From a virus, in the IMG/VR virus record IMGVR_UViG_3300005676_000020, positions 32,001 through 96,000 of that record: a stretch of DNA of 64,000 nucleotides. One strand, given 5' to 3'. Under the pieces are notes generated by a model. That model searched no databases. It worked only from the letters and a program-made list of their open reading frames with translations, and was not told the origin of the DNA. The position numbers were made by a program, and so were the translations under genes. This document shows, piece by piece, positions 1 through 10,703 of the stretch (positions are counted from its first letter, which is position 1; every line of letters begins with the position of its first letter).

Positions 1-2
1 GA

Positions 3-530
3 ACCGGTCTTGGTGGACAGGCAAAAGAGTTAAGAGGTGAGCCCAATGCTTTCGGTATAGCTACCAAGAAAAGACCGGCAAACGACACTAACGCCTTCTT
101 TAACGATAAGCAGCTCGAGCAGAACAAGGCTATTATAACCAAAGACATTAACGGTGCCCTGGAAGCTTTCCGTAAAGGAGCTTATGAGCAGATGGTAGTA
201 CTTCCGTTAGGTACAGGTATGGCTCAGCTGGACAAGAAGGCTCCTTTGACCTTTGACTGGCTGCAGCAGGAGCTTAAGCGCCTTGAAATAGAGGTAAATG
301 GCGGACAACTGCCCCCTCCGGGCCAAACACCCCCGGCAGCTCCTCCTCCAACTACACCTCCTCCTCCGGTTACTCCACCGACTCCGGTCCAAGGGACACT
401 GTTTGAAGAAGTAGATGATGATGATCCGTTCTTATCAGATGATGAAATCCGGGCGATGGGCATAAATGTCATCTCTTCTACGGAGGTAGATGATGTATTA
501 AGAGAAAAAGATAAAGGTTGTGAATCATGA
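3..530 (+). CDS. 3' end of a large virion/ejected protein: macrodomain-like region (GGQA..R.EPNA.GI.TK...LGTG.A.L), Pro-rich linker, acidic tail; partial
   Basis: Frame open from nt 3 (TGLGGQAKELRGEPNAFGIATKKRP...) into the 192..530 ORF. Confidence 0.6.
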   Translation, partial: TGLGGQAKELRGEPNAFGIATKKRPANDTNAFFNDKQLEQNKAIITKDINGALEAFRKGAYEQMVVLPLGTGMAQLDKKAPLTFDWLQQELKRLEIEVNGGQLPPPGQTPPAAPPPTTPPPPVTPPTPVQGTLFEEVDDDDPFLSDDEIRAMGINVISSTEVDDVLREKDKGCES

Positions 531-1000
531 TAGACTTAAAAAAAACAGAAAAGGATCTTTTCGGCAAGGTCGCAAATATCCTTGTAGCGTTCATGGTGCT
601 TGCTTTATGGATAAAGACAATGCACCTTTTTGAAGGGTGGTTATTCTCCACCGAACTGATTTCCCAACTGTTTTTCTACCAGTATCAACACCCGCAACTT
701 ATAAATATTTACCTGTTCTGTATAGCGGCGCCGATAGGGGAGGAAGTAGTCTTCAGGCATTTCCCTTTACAGGTGCTGAAGTCCGTAAAGAAACCGGATC
801 TGTATTGGCCGGTAATACTGATGACCTCTGTCATTTTTGGATGGTTACACCAGGGTCACCTGAATATTCTCATCCAGGGTATGATAGGTCTGGTATGTAG
901 TGTTTTGTACATAAAAAATAATCATTGTCTATTGTCTGCCATAGCGTTACATAGCCTATGGAATTTGGCTATCCTGCTAAATTTGTTTAACTTTAACTAA
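527..1000 (+). CDS. CPBP/Abi (CAAX-like) intramembrane glutamic endopeptidase
   Basis: APIGEEVVFR, FGWLH and HSLWN motifs; multiple TM segments. Confidence 0.9.
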   Translation: MIDLKKTEKDLFGKVANILVAFMVLALWIKTMHLFEGWLFSTELISQLFFYQYQHPQLINIYLFCIAAPIGEEVVFRHFPLQVLKSVKKPDLYWPVILMTSVIFGWLHQGHLNILIQGMIGLVCSVLYIKNNHCLLSAIALHSLWNLAILLNLFNFN

Positions 1001-4000
1001 TGGCGAATACGTGTTCAATACTCCGTAATAAAGAGACAGGTGAGATAGAGAAAGTACTGGCCCCAAATGGTCAGGAAAGTATCTTATGGAAAAGTCTCAT
1101 AAGCATAGGGGAGCTTTCTATCAATAAAGAAGATACTTTACGTACCTGGGCGGTTGCCTATACAACAGGGTTTAAAAATGAATTTGGAGACTGGGAGCTT
1201 TTCCAGAAGGCCAGGGAGCTGTCAGGTTCTATAGAAAAAGCTTTCTACAGAGACCTTTTTGAAAATGAACCAGAACAGTTCCTGTTTGAAATGGCTCAAC
1301 AGCTCCGGTCGTCTGATATAGAAGCCCAGGCTGCCAGAAATGTAATGGGCAACGACCTTGCTCAGATAGCTCTACAGTTGTTCCCAAACTCCGTAGTAGG
1401 TTCAAAATACACACCTCAGTTTACCGGTAAGGTAGACAGTAATGGTGAACCTTTATTAGAACATGTTGTCTCTCCCCCAGGTCTCCCTTGGTTTGAAGAC
1501 GCTATACCCTACACTCAAAATTTTGAGGAAATACAGTTCCCGGACCTTGCCAAATACGATGACGAAATCATGCAGCAACTGCCGGTTAAGGTTGGAGCTA
1601 AAAAGCAAGTGATAAAGATAAAGGGGTTGGATGTCACCGAGATGAAAGCCAAACGACCTAAAGAAAAAAAGGCTGTATTTATAGATTCAGACACCTTCCA
1701 GGATATAGGTAAGTTTATAAAAGACGGACCTAAGGACCCTACTGACTTCCGTCATGACATTATACGAATAGGTAATAACATATATGTAAAATCCGGTGAC
1801 AACCTGGCATTCAAGCAGTTTTATCCCTTCCTGGACTTTTCCAAGAAATATAAGGTACGGGGCCGAACCTTTTACTATCTCACCAATAACTTTGTCTACT
1901 CCCCCGGTTCAAGTATCGGCGCTTCCAGGGAGTACAGTATCATGAAAGCCAGGGCTATTAAACAGGGTAAGTTTGGTATAAAACCTATAAAAACAAAACC
2001 CAGGTTGACTAAGAGGGCGAAAGAGGCCATAGAAGCATTTATAGAAAAGAAGAGGAGTTATATACCTTTGATAAAGGAGGAAATAGAAAAGTTTGTTTAT
2101 CAAGTAGATAAGTCCCGACAATCCGCTTCTGACCATTTAAGGTCGATAGCTAACTCATACGAGTCACTGATGGACCCTTCACATAAGGAGGAGTATATAA
2201 AGATATTAGAAAGCCGGTTTCTTAGACAGACCGAAGAGTTTTTTAAAACATATGAGGGTGATGACGGAGAGGATATGATAAAGTCGACAATGAGCACTCT
2301 ATCAAACTATCTTCAAAAATTACCGGCACTGGTATTGTTTAATATGGTACATGACCAACCTGTCTCTGAGTTCTCAGCAATGGAATCTGAGATAGATGAT
2401 GAATTTTCTGAGTTCATATATAGATTTTCTGTTAGTTCAGTCATACCAGAATCGTTTATTTCCGGAGAAAATGGAAGGAGGATAAGTTTAAAAAGTATAT
2501 TTGATACGGTAAATGTAGAAATATTCAGCGACCGGGGCTTACGTGAGAAGTTGACCGCTGACGAAATTATGAAAATATCCAAGTCAGGTATCTTCAGAAA
2601 AGTCGACACGAGTAATTTGAAAAGGACAAAGGCGTTAGCTGTATTTTTGGAAGTTTATGACAGACACGGTCATGTTGCAGCTAATACTTTTTGGTCTGCG
2701 TATCGTAAAAATATAAATACTGCTTCTGCCGAAATCATTCAGAAATATTTTAATAAAAATAAGGGTAGAGAGGAAGATTACAACTCTATAATGGATGATA
2801 TAAGAGATACCCTAAAGGGTGTGGATAAATACTCAGGAGCTTATGTAGATAGTGAGTCTATCGAATACCGAACTTGGTTTTCTAGAATAAGTTCCAGCTT
2901 TGTCCCATTGATCGATATAGCCGAAGGTATATATAAATCAGCTTCTGGGTCCGTAGAACTTCACATACTAAACCGGATGTTGTTAGAAGTTCCTGAACTA
3001 GGTGACGACCCTTACCAAAGATTTAGAAAAATTGTTGACCTAATATTTACCAATGAAGAAGACTTATCAGAAGAAGATAGGTCGGTGTTAGAATATCTCA
3101 AAACTACAAAGGCTAAATCTTTGTTTAACAATATATTGAGAGCTTTCCGTGAGCTACTGAGATTTATCATATACGGTCCAGATTTCCAGTCACGTTCTGC
3201 ATTTGAGGCGTTAAGTGCACAAATGGATAAAGTACATGAATATCTTGCCGGCAGGAATACTGTTTTTTCACTTCAAATCGGAACTGGTGAGCGAAAGGAA
3301 GAAATTGTTGTTAACGATCAAGTAGTAGAGATTAAAAATACGGAAGACCGTGTGAGATATGGGATTTCATCTAATATTGAAGTTGACACTGATGAGAATG
3401 GTGTTTCTGAAACGCTTCTTGAAAGATTTCCGGAAGGCTCTACTCTTCAATATGTTCGGGTGCTTGAGGCTCCTAATCTTAAATCAGTGCCGGTAGATTT
3501 CCGGTTCCCTCATCAGCTCCAAAAATTTATTGCCCCCAATCTAAGCATTCAGGATATACCAGAAGGAGAGTTTAAGTCTTTCCTGTTAAATGAAATGCGT
3601 TATGTTAAGTTAAAGGATTATGAAAAGGAGAGGCTTCGTGAAAAAGGAGGTCTCGGTATGATTTTTAACATTTCATCAGCTGTTTCTAAGTTATACACTT
3701 CCGGTAAACCTAAGTATTCATTTGAGCATAAGGCTCTTTTAAAAACAAATCTAGGTGTCGGGTCTTTACCTATGTACACTCTTGGGGAAAACGGTAGCGT
3801 GTTCAATATCGAATTTGGAGCCGGGGCAAATTCTCCTTTTCCAGAAAGTCTTTATGAAAGATTTAGACTTGACCACGGTCTCAGAAAGTTGTATATAGAT
3901 AAACCTATTGGATGGTTCGGTGGGGTTTATTCAGTAGAAAATAAGACTATATCTGTTACTGAGGTTCAGTCAGACCTTTTACAAAGGTCAAAGACTATCG

Positions 4001-7000
4001 GCGAACTTAGGTCTAAGGTAGAAAATTACTATGACGGTTGGCTTTATGTTTTTACCGGAACTGCAATCAATTTGCTCCTAAATTACTATGAGGATGTAAC
4101 TCATATAAGAATACCGACCTCAGAAACTTACAAAAAGTTCAAAAAAGAAAGTCCTTCTCAATATTATGACAAGATAGCTTCTGTATTCCCGACAACTTTA
4201 TCAGAAGACGGCCGCTGGCATGTTATAAAAGTATCGGATATTTTTGGTAAAATCAGTCCAGATAAAAAATCCCAGTTTGATTTTATGATAAAAGCGGGTG
4301 TCAGAGCTGGGGTTAAGGAGCAAAAAGAGATAACACCAGACCTTCAATCTGACAGGGATAATGCAATGGACATATTGGAAAGTTTAAAAGAAAGTGAGAT
4401 TCTTGGTTCTTACCTGAAAAGCTCCCCTGACCATGTGAGTGAAATAGAAAAATGGATTGAGAGGGAGTTCTCTAATGAGAAACCTATGACCGATGATACT
4501 AAAGGAGGAGAGCTTGTTGGACCGGATGGCGAGGTGATTGAAGAGGATGAAGGTTATGAAGAGACAGATATGGACCGGTTAGTAAGAGAGACAGCTGCTA
4601 ATAAAAAAAGAGAGTATGTTTTCGATCTCGACTGGGCTTTAGATGAGTTGTCTGCGGCTATGAAAAATAACGATACTGCAAGGGTGAATTTTATAAAAAG
4701 GCTTTTGGAAGAACACACGTCAGGTAAAATAAACTTCAACCGTTCTTCTTCAGGTAATTACAAACAAATACTGTCTCTAGATAACCAAAAGATTTTTGAA
4801 GAGCTTATTGCAAAAGGACTTATTACTGAGCGGCGCTGGAATGGTATGTACTTTGTTCCAAAGCAATACCGGGAGCCGTTCAGGAGACCTCCGTTCAGCT
4901 ATCTCAAAAAAGACTTTCGTGATGGTCACTTCCTTGACAAGAACAAGTACGAAGAGTTAAAGGCTATCATAGAGGTTCGTGGACTCAGTTGGCTTGATGT
5001 CAGACCTTCTAATTCAGGAGACTCTTATGTTGTAAGAATATTTCCTACCAGACAAGAGTCTATGCAGACTCGTCTCCATGAGTTTGCTGGCAAAGATGCA
5101 TTCATAAAGATTGCTGACCGCCTGTCTAAGCGACTAGGAGTTCCTTATAAGATTATTGATGCTGAACAGGCCCTGAAGATAACAGAGGACTCACAGATAC
5201 CTTGGAATGGTGAAGGGGCCTTTGCCTATAAAGGTACTGTATATGTTCTGCAGGAAGCGTTGTCTCTGGAGAATGCCGTACACGAATTCTCTCACTTCTT
5301 CATCGAAGCTGTCTCCAAAGAGTCTCCTTACCTGTTCTCAAAACTCTATAAGCAGTTAAAAGATGATCCTTATACCCGGGAGAGATACCTTGACCTGGTA
5401 GAAAGACTATACCCTGACCTATCTGAAGAAGATAAGGTCAAAGAGGTTATGGTTAGGGCGTTAACTGACAAAGCCCTGGGTCTCATAGATGAGCGTGGAA
5501 ATGTTATCTTAGAGGCTATCCGTAAGATTTTCAGAACTCTCGCTAATATCATCCGTACTCTGTTCGGAGTTAGTGTTAAGAACCTGAACGAAAACACCAC
5601 ATTAGACCAGCTGGCAGCAATACTTCTCGGAGAGAATGATGGTGAAGTCCTAGACCTTGGCGACCGTAACACAGGCTTCTTTATGAACCTGTTTCCGATG
5701 TTCAACCGGGACATTGCCAACCAACTGGAAAAGCTTACCGGCTCTACTGTAAAAAGTAGTATAGACTCATTCTTTACTGTTACAGATGCCCACTATCAAA
5801 GGCTTCGTCAGGATAAGGACCTGGAAAAGCTGAAAGAGATACTCAGTAACCAAAAGGGTACTACTCTCGTATCAGATGAGCGTCAGATACTTATGAGAGC
5901 TGCAGACTTTGCCAGAACCCTGGAGGAGAATATGAAAGTCGACCGTGCCGCTCTTATCACCTTTGCAGAGGCTATTGAGGGTCAGGAGGTTATAGCTAAG
6001 AAGATGGCCGATCACGTAGCTTCTGTCGTAACCGATAAGGATATGTCCACTCAGGAAAAGCTGGCTATATTCCGTAAATATAGTTTCATAACCAAAGAGT
6101 GGACTACTGTCGTAGACCTTTTCATGAAGGCTATCAAGGACTCTCCTGTGGGCCGTGGAAGAAATCCCTTGAGCGATTCTATCCAAAACATGATATCAGA
6201 CTATAAGTTTATTGACAACAAGATAAAGGATTTTTACAAAGAGGACGGTCTGCCATCATTGTTCAGAGAAGAGATAGAGGGGAACATCTACTATCAGGCG
6301 GCGATGAAAGAACAGGAGGACAGGATAAAAGAACTGGAAGAAGCCTACAAAAAGGATAAAAACCCGGCTATAAAGAAAAAACTAGACAAGGAGCGCGGAC
6401 TCTTAGAGAGATATAAGCTTACCGACGAAACCCTTGCCAAGTACTTATCAGGTGAGATGGGCGATACCAATCACTATTCAATGTACCTGGAAAGCTACAC
6501 CTCCAATCCAGATCCGATTGTTGGTCACTTCGCTAACTGGTTCATGAAGCACAAGTTCCGTGCTCAGTCAAGAGCTCAGCAGCGCATGACAGCCTTCGAG
6601 AACAAAATCTCAAAGATTTACAAGAAACTAGGCTACAAGCCAAAGGACTTCCAGAAAGTATCAGAGAACCTGGTACAGATAGAGACCTTCTTTGACGGCT
6701 ACCGTAACTTCAAAGGGGAAGAAAGAAAAGCCTGGACGTTCATAAACCAGTATGGTGACGATGCCAACGGCGTCGGCTGGCAGTTTGAATATAACCGTCT
6801 TCTCCAGGAAAGGGAAAGTGCCAAGCAACGGATGCACTCCCCTCTCCGGGCTCCCGGCTATGAGAATATGACCGGTGAAGAAGAGTATCGCCGTAAGAAC
6901 CAGGCCTTTGAGCAGTTTAAGCTTGACTATATGTTTGATGAGGAAGCTGATGTAATCAAAGAAGCAAGGCTTTTCTGGTTCCGTGACGCAAACACCCATA

Positions 7001-10000
7001 AGGCTAAGATGCGCAGGGAAGAGGTCTTAAACGAGATACGGGCACTGGACTATAAGGATTTCTCTAAAGACGAGGCTCTGGAAAAAGTAACGCAGAGTAA
7101 AGCGCTATGGAGAAAGTACCGTCAGCTTGGCTCTATCTATGATGAAATGGGCAACAAAAAGGAGGGTGACGAGCTGGAAATAGCACTTACCATACGCGAA
7201 TACAACGAGAAATACGGTAATTTATACGAATACGTAGAGATTTCAGGGGCTTTTGAGTCTAATCTGAAGTCTCATGAGCAGCAGGTTGCCGATGACCTGA
7301 TGAGTTCTGGTAACTACAAGACAGAAGCAGAAGCCAAGGCTTCTCCGGAGTTCCGGGCGGCCATTCAGAAATGGTACCGTGACAATATCCGTATCACCCT
7401 TACAGAAACCTTCTATAAGGAGCGTTCTGACATTGCTGAAAGGTTAAAAGCCTTTTCAGAAAGCCTTGGTGATCAGAAGATTAAAAAGAATCTGGAAGAA
7501 GTTTCCGAAGCGTGGTCTGAAATAAACCGTATAATCCAGGGTAACCGGGACGATGACCGTCAGCCTATTGGCACCGACCTTTCCGATGAGCAGCGTAAAA
7601 GAGTCCTTGAACTGCAGCAAAAGGTCATGGACCTGAACTCTGCATTTAACCAGGCCAACAACCTGAGCGATGAGGAGGATATTGAGTACGGTCAATATGT
7701 CCTTAAAAATAAGGTGTTCTTCATGGAATTGACTGAGCAAGAGTACGCCAGGATGAAAGAATTGGAAGAAAAGGCCGGTATAAAGCTTACTAAAGACCAG
7801 TACCTGGAAAAAAAGAAGATATTTGATGATTTAAATGCCCTACAATCGAAGATCGCCACGCCCTACTATGTAGACACAGTTAATGATTTCCTGGCCGCAT
7901 CGGGCTCAGAATTGCGTATAACGCCACTCAGCGCTGACGAACTGCTCACGGCTGAGGTAATCCAGCCTATTTTGAGGAAAAACCCAGAATTTAGGAAGTG
8001 GTGGAACGAAAATCACCTGGAAAAACAGATATACGACAAGACTGTCGATGCTGTAGTCCTTAAATATAACAGGTCTTATGTCTGGAACCGGAATGTGCCT
8101 AATGACGAGATGTTCAAGACGCTACTCGATAACGGCGACTACGAAGGGTTGTCAAGGTACAAGTCCCCTTATCTTGAGGTAAAACCGGCCCAGGAGTACT
8201 TTTACCGCCGTCTGAAGCCTGAATTCAGGCATTTCCAGTCCCGGGAAACTCTCTGGATAACCCATGACAACCGCGGAAACTGGCTACCTAAGCCTACAGA
8301 GGCTACTGCCACACCGGCACAGAAGGAGTATATGCTCAAGCATAAGATCCCTTTTGCCAAGCCTCGGTTTGAAAATAAAAAGTATTTGGACCTTCGCGAA
8401 AATAAAAAGGACGAGTTTGAGTTACTTGAAGCCTTTAAACAGTTCCACCTTGAAAGTCAGCAAGATCTGGCCAGGTATGCCCGTCTGGGTCTTGAGGTAC
8501 CACGTCTTCGTAAGAACAGTGTAGAGAACGTAGACCTGTCCAAATTGGCTGATAAACCTAAGGATTGGTGGAATAACATAAAGGGTTGGCTTGGCGCCAT
8601 GTTTATGAAGCGCCAGGATGACTATGAACTGGGTACGGGAAGCTATATAGCGCCGGCTAACCGCGCTCAAACATATGTTCTATCTGACCTTATGGGCGAC
8701 CAGATTAACTCTATACCTATCAAATACATGTCACATGTAGAAACTGACCTGGTTTCTATGGACATTGGCAAAGCTGTAGAGATGTACGCTGTATCTGCAG
8801 AGACCAATAAGGTTCTGCACGAGATAAACCCCATGGCAAATGCCCTTAAAGAAGTGCTTTCTGACCCGGAAAATAAACCAAAGGACCTTACAAAGAAGAG
8901 ACGTAACATCATCAAAATCATCACTGATCCCTTAAAAGGTTCTACCAATAACAACGCAAACAAGAAAGGTAACTATAACAGGCTGAAAATCATAGAAAAC
9001 TTCCTGGAAAGAGAGCTTGAAGGAGAGGTTAACATACAACAGTTTGGACCGTTTATAGAAAAAATCGCCCATGGCCTTATGAAGATAGGTGCCTGGGGTT
9101 CATTAGGTGGTAACATATTTGCCGCGCTAAAGAACGCCGTCGGCGGCCAGATACAGAACAACCTCGAGTCGGTCATGGGTCAGAAGTTCACGCCAAAGAC
9201 CATGATGCAAGCAGATTTGGAATTTGGCAAATTGATGGTCGACCTGATGCGGGACTACTACCAGATAGGCGATAAGTCCCTGTATACGCAGATGTTTATC
9301 CTGTTTGACCCGCTTAACTTCTTTACGCAGAAAGCCGGTTCTAACTTTTCAAAAACTGTAACCCGGGACGCTCTCGACCTGCGCTGGATTATGGGAATGC
9401 AGAAGTTCGGCGAGATCAACATCCAGGGTTCCGCCTGGCTGGCGATGATGCTCCACCAAAAGGTAGCGTTTACTGACCCTCATTCCGGGGTGCAAAAAGA
9501 AATCCCATACCTAGAAGCGTGGGAACTCAAAGATGGTGTACTTTCCTTAAAAAAGGGAGTAGACAGTAAATGGGACAGAGGTAACTCGAACTTTTTGCAA
9601 TTCTCCGCATCGGTACATAAAGTGAATGAGTTAAACCAAGGTGCTTACTCTGAAGAATCCCAACCAGAGATTAACAGATATACTCTTGGTAAATTATTTT
9701 TATTCATGAGAAAATTCTATATACCGGCTTCGGTAAATAGGTTTGCTCCAAAAAGGTATAATGCCGGTCTCGGCTCTTTCCGTCAAGGTTACTGGATGCC
9801 TCTTTTTGAGATGATAAAGAATACGGCTACGGGTCACCCTCTGATGCCTGGTACTGACGATTTCAAGGTGATGTACTCTGCTTCTGAACGTGCTGCGGCT
9901 CTCCGTGCTGCTTCTGAGCTTGCTACTATTGCCCTTATTGGCTTGATGATTAAAGCTCTTGGATTCAACGATTCCGACGATGAAAAATACGATAAGCTGA

Positions 10001-10365
10001 AGGATAACGATTGGTTCCACAACTTCGCCATATACCAGCTGATGCTGATTAAATCTGAGGCTGAAACTTTCATTCCGTTGTTTGGTATGGGCATTAACGA
10101 AACAGTTAGGTTCCTTGGAACCCCTACTATTGCGTTTAACACCGCCCGGAGATGGGTTAAGCTGGCTAACGACTTCGTTTTGTGGACTATCGGCTCCGAC
10201 GCTGCCTTCTATCAGCAGGCTTCAGGTATATATGACGAAGGACAGATAAAGTACCTTGCCGACCTGTACAATATCATCGGCTGGAAGAACTTTGCCTATA
10301 TCACTTCAAATGAAGACCTGCAGAAAGGTATCGTAATGTATTCGGCCATGCAGAAGAGGATATAA
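1000..10365 (+). CDS. Giant virion/ejected (cargo) polyvalent protein, 3121 aa, with zincin-like HExxH domain
   Basis: Size, position, N-terminal APNG.ESIL/FGDW/DSNGEP motifs, HEFSH at 5281-5295, long helical C-terminal region. Confidence 0.75.
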   Translation: MANTCSILRNKETGEIEKVLAPNGQESILWKSLISIGELSINKEDTLRTWAVAYTTGFKNEFGDWELFQKARELSGSIEKAFYRDLFENEPEQFLFEMAQQLRSSDIEAQAARNVMGNDLAQIALQLFPNSVVGSKYTPQFTGKVDSNGEPLLEHVVSPPGLPWFEDAIPYTQNFEEIQFPDLAKYDDEIMQQLPVKVGAKKQVIKIKGLDVTEMKAKRPKEKKAVFIDSDTFQDIGKFIKDGPKDPTDFRHDIIRIGNNIYVKSGDNLAFKQFYPFLDFSKKYKVRGRTFYYLTNNFVYSPGSSIGASREYSIMKARAIKQGKFGIKPIKTKPRLTKRAKEAIEAFIEKKRSYIPLIKEEIEKFVYQVDKSRQSASDHLRSIANSYESLMDPSHKEEYIKILESRFLRQTEEFFKTYEGDDGEDMIKSTMSTLSNYLQKLPALVLFNMVHDQPVSEFSAMESEIDDEFSEFIYRFSVSSVIPESFISGENGRRISLKSIFDTVNVEIFSDRGLREKLTADEIMKISKSGIFRKVDTSNLKRTKALAVFLEVYDRHGHVAANTFWSAYRKNINTASAEIIQKYFNKNKGREEDYNSIMDDIRDTLKGVDKYSGAYVDSESIEYRTWFSRISSSFVPLIDIAEGIYKSASGSVELHILNRMLLEVPELGDDPYQRFRKIVDLIFTNEEDLSEEDRSVLEYLKTTKAKSLFNNILRAFRELLRFIIYGPDFQSRSAFEALSAQMDKVHEYLAGRNTVFSLQIGTGERKEEIVVNDQVVEIKNTEDRVRYGISSNIEVDTDENGVSETLLERFPEGSTLQYVRVLEAPNLKSVPVDFRFPHQLQKFIAPNLSIQDIPEGEFKSFLLNEMRYVKLKDYEKERLREKGGLGMIFNISSAVSKLYTSGKPKYSFEHKALLKTNLGVGSLPMYTLGENGSVFNIEFGAGANSPFPESLYERFRLDHGLRKLYIDKPIGWFGGVYSVENKTISVTEVQSDLLQRSKTIGELRSKVENYYDGWLYVFTGTAINLLLNYYEDVTHIRIPTSETYKKFKKESPSQYYDKIASVFPTTLSEDGRWHVIKVSDIFGKISPDKKSQFDFMIKAGVRAGVKEQKEITPDLQSDRDNAMDILESLKESEILGSYLKSSPDHVSEIEKWIEREFSNEKPMTDDTKGGELVGPDGEVIEEDEGYEETDMDRLVRETAANKKREYVFDLDWALDELSAAMKNNDTARVNFIKRLLEEHTSGKINFNRSSSGNYKQILSLDNQKIFEELIAKGLITERRWNGMYFVPKQYREPFRRPPFSYLKKDFRDGHFLDKNKYEELKAIIEVRGLSWLDVRPSNSGDSYVVRIFPTRQESMQTRLHEFAGKDAFIKIADRLSKRLGVPYKIIDAEQALKITEDSQIPWNGEGAFAYKGTVYVLQEALSLENAVHEFSHFFIEAVSKESPYLFSKLYKQLKDDPYTRERYLDLVERLYPDLSEEDKVKEVMVRALTDKALGLIDERGNVILEAIRKIFRTLANIIRTLFGVSVKNLNENTTLDQLAAILLGENDGEVLDLGDRNTGFFMNLFPMFNRDIANQLEKLTGSTVKSSIDSFFTVTDAHYQRLRQDKDLEKLKEILSNQKGTTLVSDERQILMRAADFARTLEENMKVDRAALITFAEAIEGQEVIAKKMADHVASVVTDKDMSTQEKLAIFRKYSFITKEWTTVVDLFMKAIKDSPVGRGRNPLSDSIQNMISDYKFIDNKIKDFYKEDGLPSLFREEIEGNIYYQAAMKEQEDRIKELEEAYKKDKNPAIKKKLDKERGLLERYKLTDETLAKYLSGEMGDTNHYSMYLESYTSNPDPIVGHFANWFMKHKFRAQSRAQQRMTAFENKISKIYKKLGYKPKDFQKVSENLVQIETFFDGYRNFKGEERKAWTFINQYGDDANGVGWQFEYNRLLQERESAKQRMHSPLRAPGYENMTGEEEYRRKNQAFEQFKLDYMFDEEADVIKEARLFWFRDANTHKAKMRREEVLNEIRALDYKDFSKDEALEKVTQSKALWRKYRQLGSIYDEMGNKKEGDELEIALTIREYNEKYGNLYEYVEISGAFESNLKSHEQQVADDLMSSGNYKTEAEAKASPEFRAAIQKWYRDNIRITLTETFYKERSDIAERLKAFSESLGDQKIKKNLEEVSEAWSEINRIIQGNRDDDRQPIGTDLSDEQRKRVLELQQKVMDLNSAFNQANNLSDEEDIEYGQYVLKNKVFFMELTEQEYARMKELEEKAGIKLTKDQYLEKKKIFDDLNALQSKIATPYYVDTVNDFLAASGSELRITPLSADELLTAEVIQPILRKNPEFRKWWNENHLEKQIYDKTVDAVVLKYNRSYVWNRNVPNDEMFKTLLDNGDYEGLSRYKSPYLEVKPAQEYFYRRLKPEFRHFQSRETLWITHDNRGNWLPKPTEATATPAQKEYMLKHKIPFAKPRFENKKYLDLRENKKDEFELLEAFKQFHLESQQDLARYARLGLEVPRLRKNSVENVDLSKLADKPKDWWNNIKGWLGAMFMKRQDDYELGTGSYIAPANRAQTYVLSDLMGDQINSIPIKYMSHVETDLVSMDIGKAVEMYAVSAETNKVLHEINPMANALKEVLSDPENKPKDLTKKRRNIIKIITDPLKGSTNNNANKKGNYNRLKIIENFLERELEGEVNIQQFGPFIEKIAHGLMKIGAWGSLGGNIFAALKNAVGGQIQNNLESVMGQKFTPKTMMQADLEFGKLMVDLMRDYYQIGDKSLYTQMFILFDPLNFFTQKAGSNFSKTVTRDALDLRWIMGMQKFGEINIQGSAWLAMMLHQKVAFTDPHSGVQKEIPYLEAWELKDGVLSLKKGVDSKWDRGNSNFLQFSASVHKVNELNQGAYSEESQPEINRYTLGKLFLFMRKFYIPASVNRFAPKRYNAGLGSFRQGYWMPLFEMIKNTATGHPLMPGTDDFKVMYSASERAAALRAASELATIALIGLMIKALGFNDSDDEKYDKLKDNDWFHNFAIYQLMLIKSEAETFIPLFGMGINETVRFLGTPTIAFNTARRWVKLANDFVLWTIGSDAAFYQQASGIYDEGQIKYLADLYNIIGWKNFAYITSNEDLQKGIVMYSAMQKRI

Positions 10366-10369
10366 TTTC

Positions 10370-10597
10370 TCATATTTTATGTGTTTCCTGCAGATACAGC
10401 TCTAGCATAGTAAGCAGAAATTCCCTAGCCTGAATCTGACTTCTGAAATATAGAACCTCGGCTTTGAACCCGTATTCCTCGCATATCAACCTTACCCCTC
10501 TCGGAGGTACTCCCGCTTGCTGACCTCCTTTCGGAGCTTCGGGGAACCGTTCGAACCTTACAGTGTTTAATATGTGTTCTGGTAGCATAGTTGTCAT
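10370..10597 (-). CDS. Hypothetical protein, about 75 aa (start MTTMLPEH)
   Basis: ORF with ATG after A-rich leader; last gene of the minus block. Confidence 0.55.
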   Translation of the reverse strand: MTTMLPEHILNTVRFERFPEAPKGGQQAGVPPRGVRLICEEYGFKAEVLYFRSQIQAREFLLTMLELYLQETHKI

Positions 10598-10609
10598 TTT
10601 AAAAAAAAA

Positions 10610-10671
10610 GCGGCGGCAGGGGTCAAGACCTGCGTAACTTCCCAAAGGGTGCGCCAACCTCGCTTCGCCGC
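10610..10671 (-). other. Degenerate tRNA-like cloverleaf followed by U-tract (tRNA remnant or terminator)
   Basis: GCGGCG/CGCCGC closing stem, GCG/CGC D-like arm, GCAGG/CCTGC T-like arm, stunted anticodon arm, T9 downstream. Confidence 0.4.
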
Positions 10672-10703
10672 TATAACTCCAAAAACAAACGTCAGAAAAA
10701 GCT

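Noticed and set aside
305-390. CCT/CCG-rich repeat
   Set aside because: Encodes a Pro/Thr linker; not a DNA repeat element
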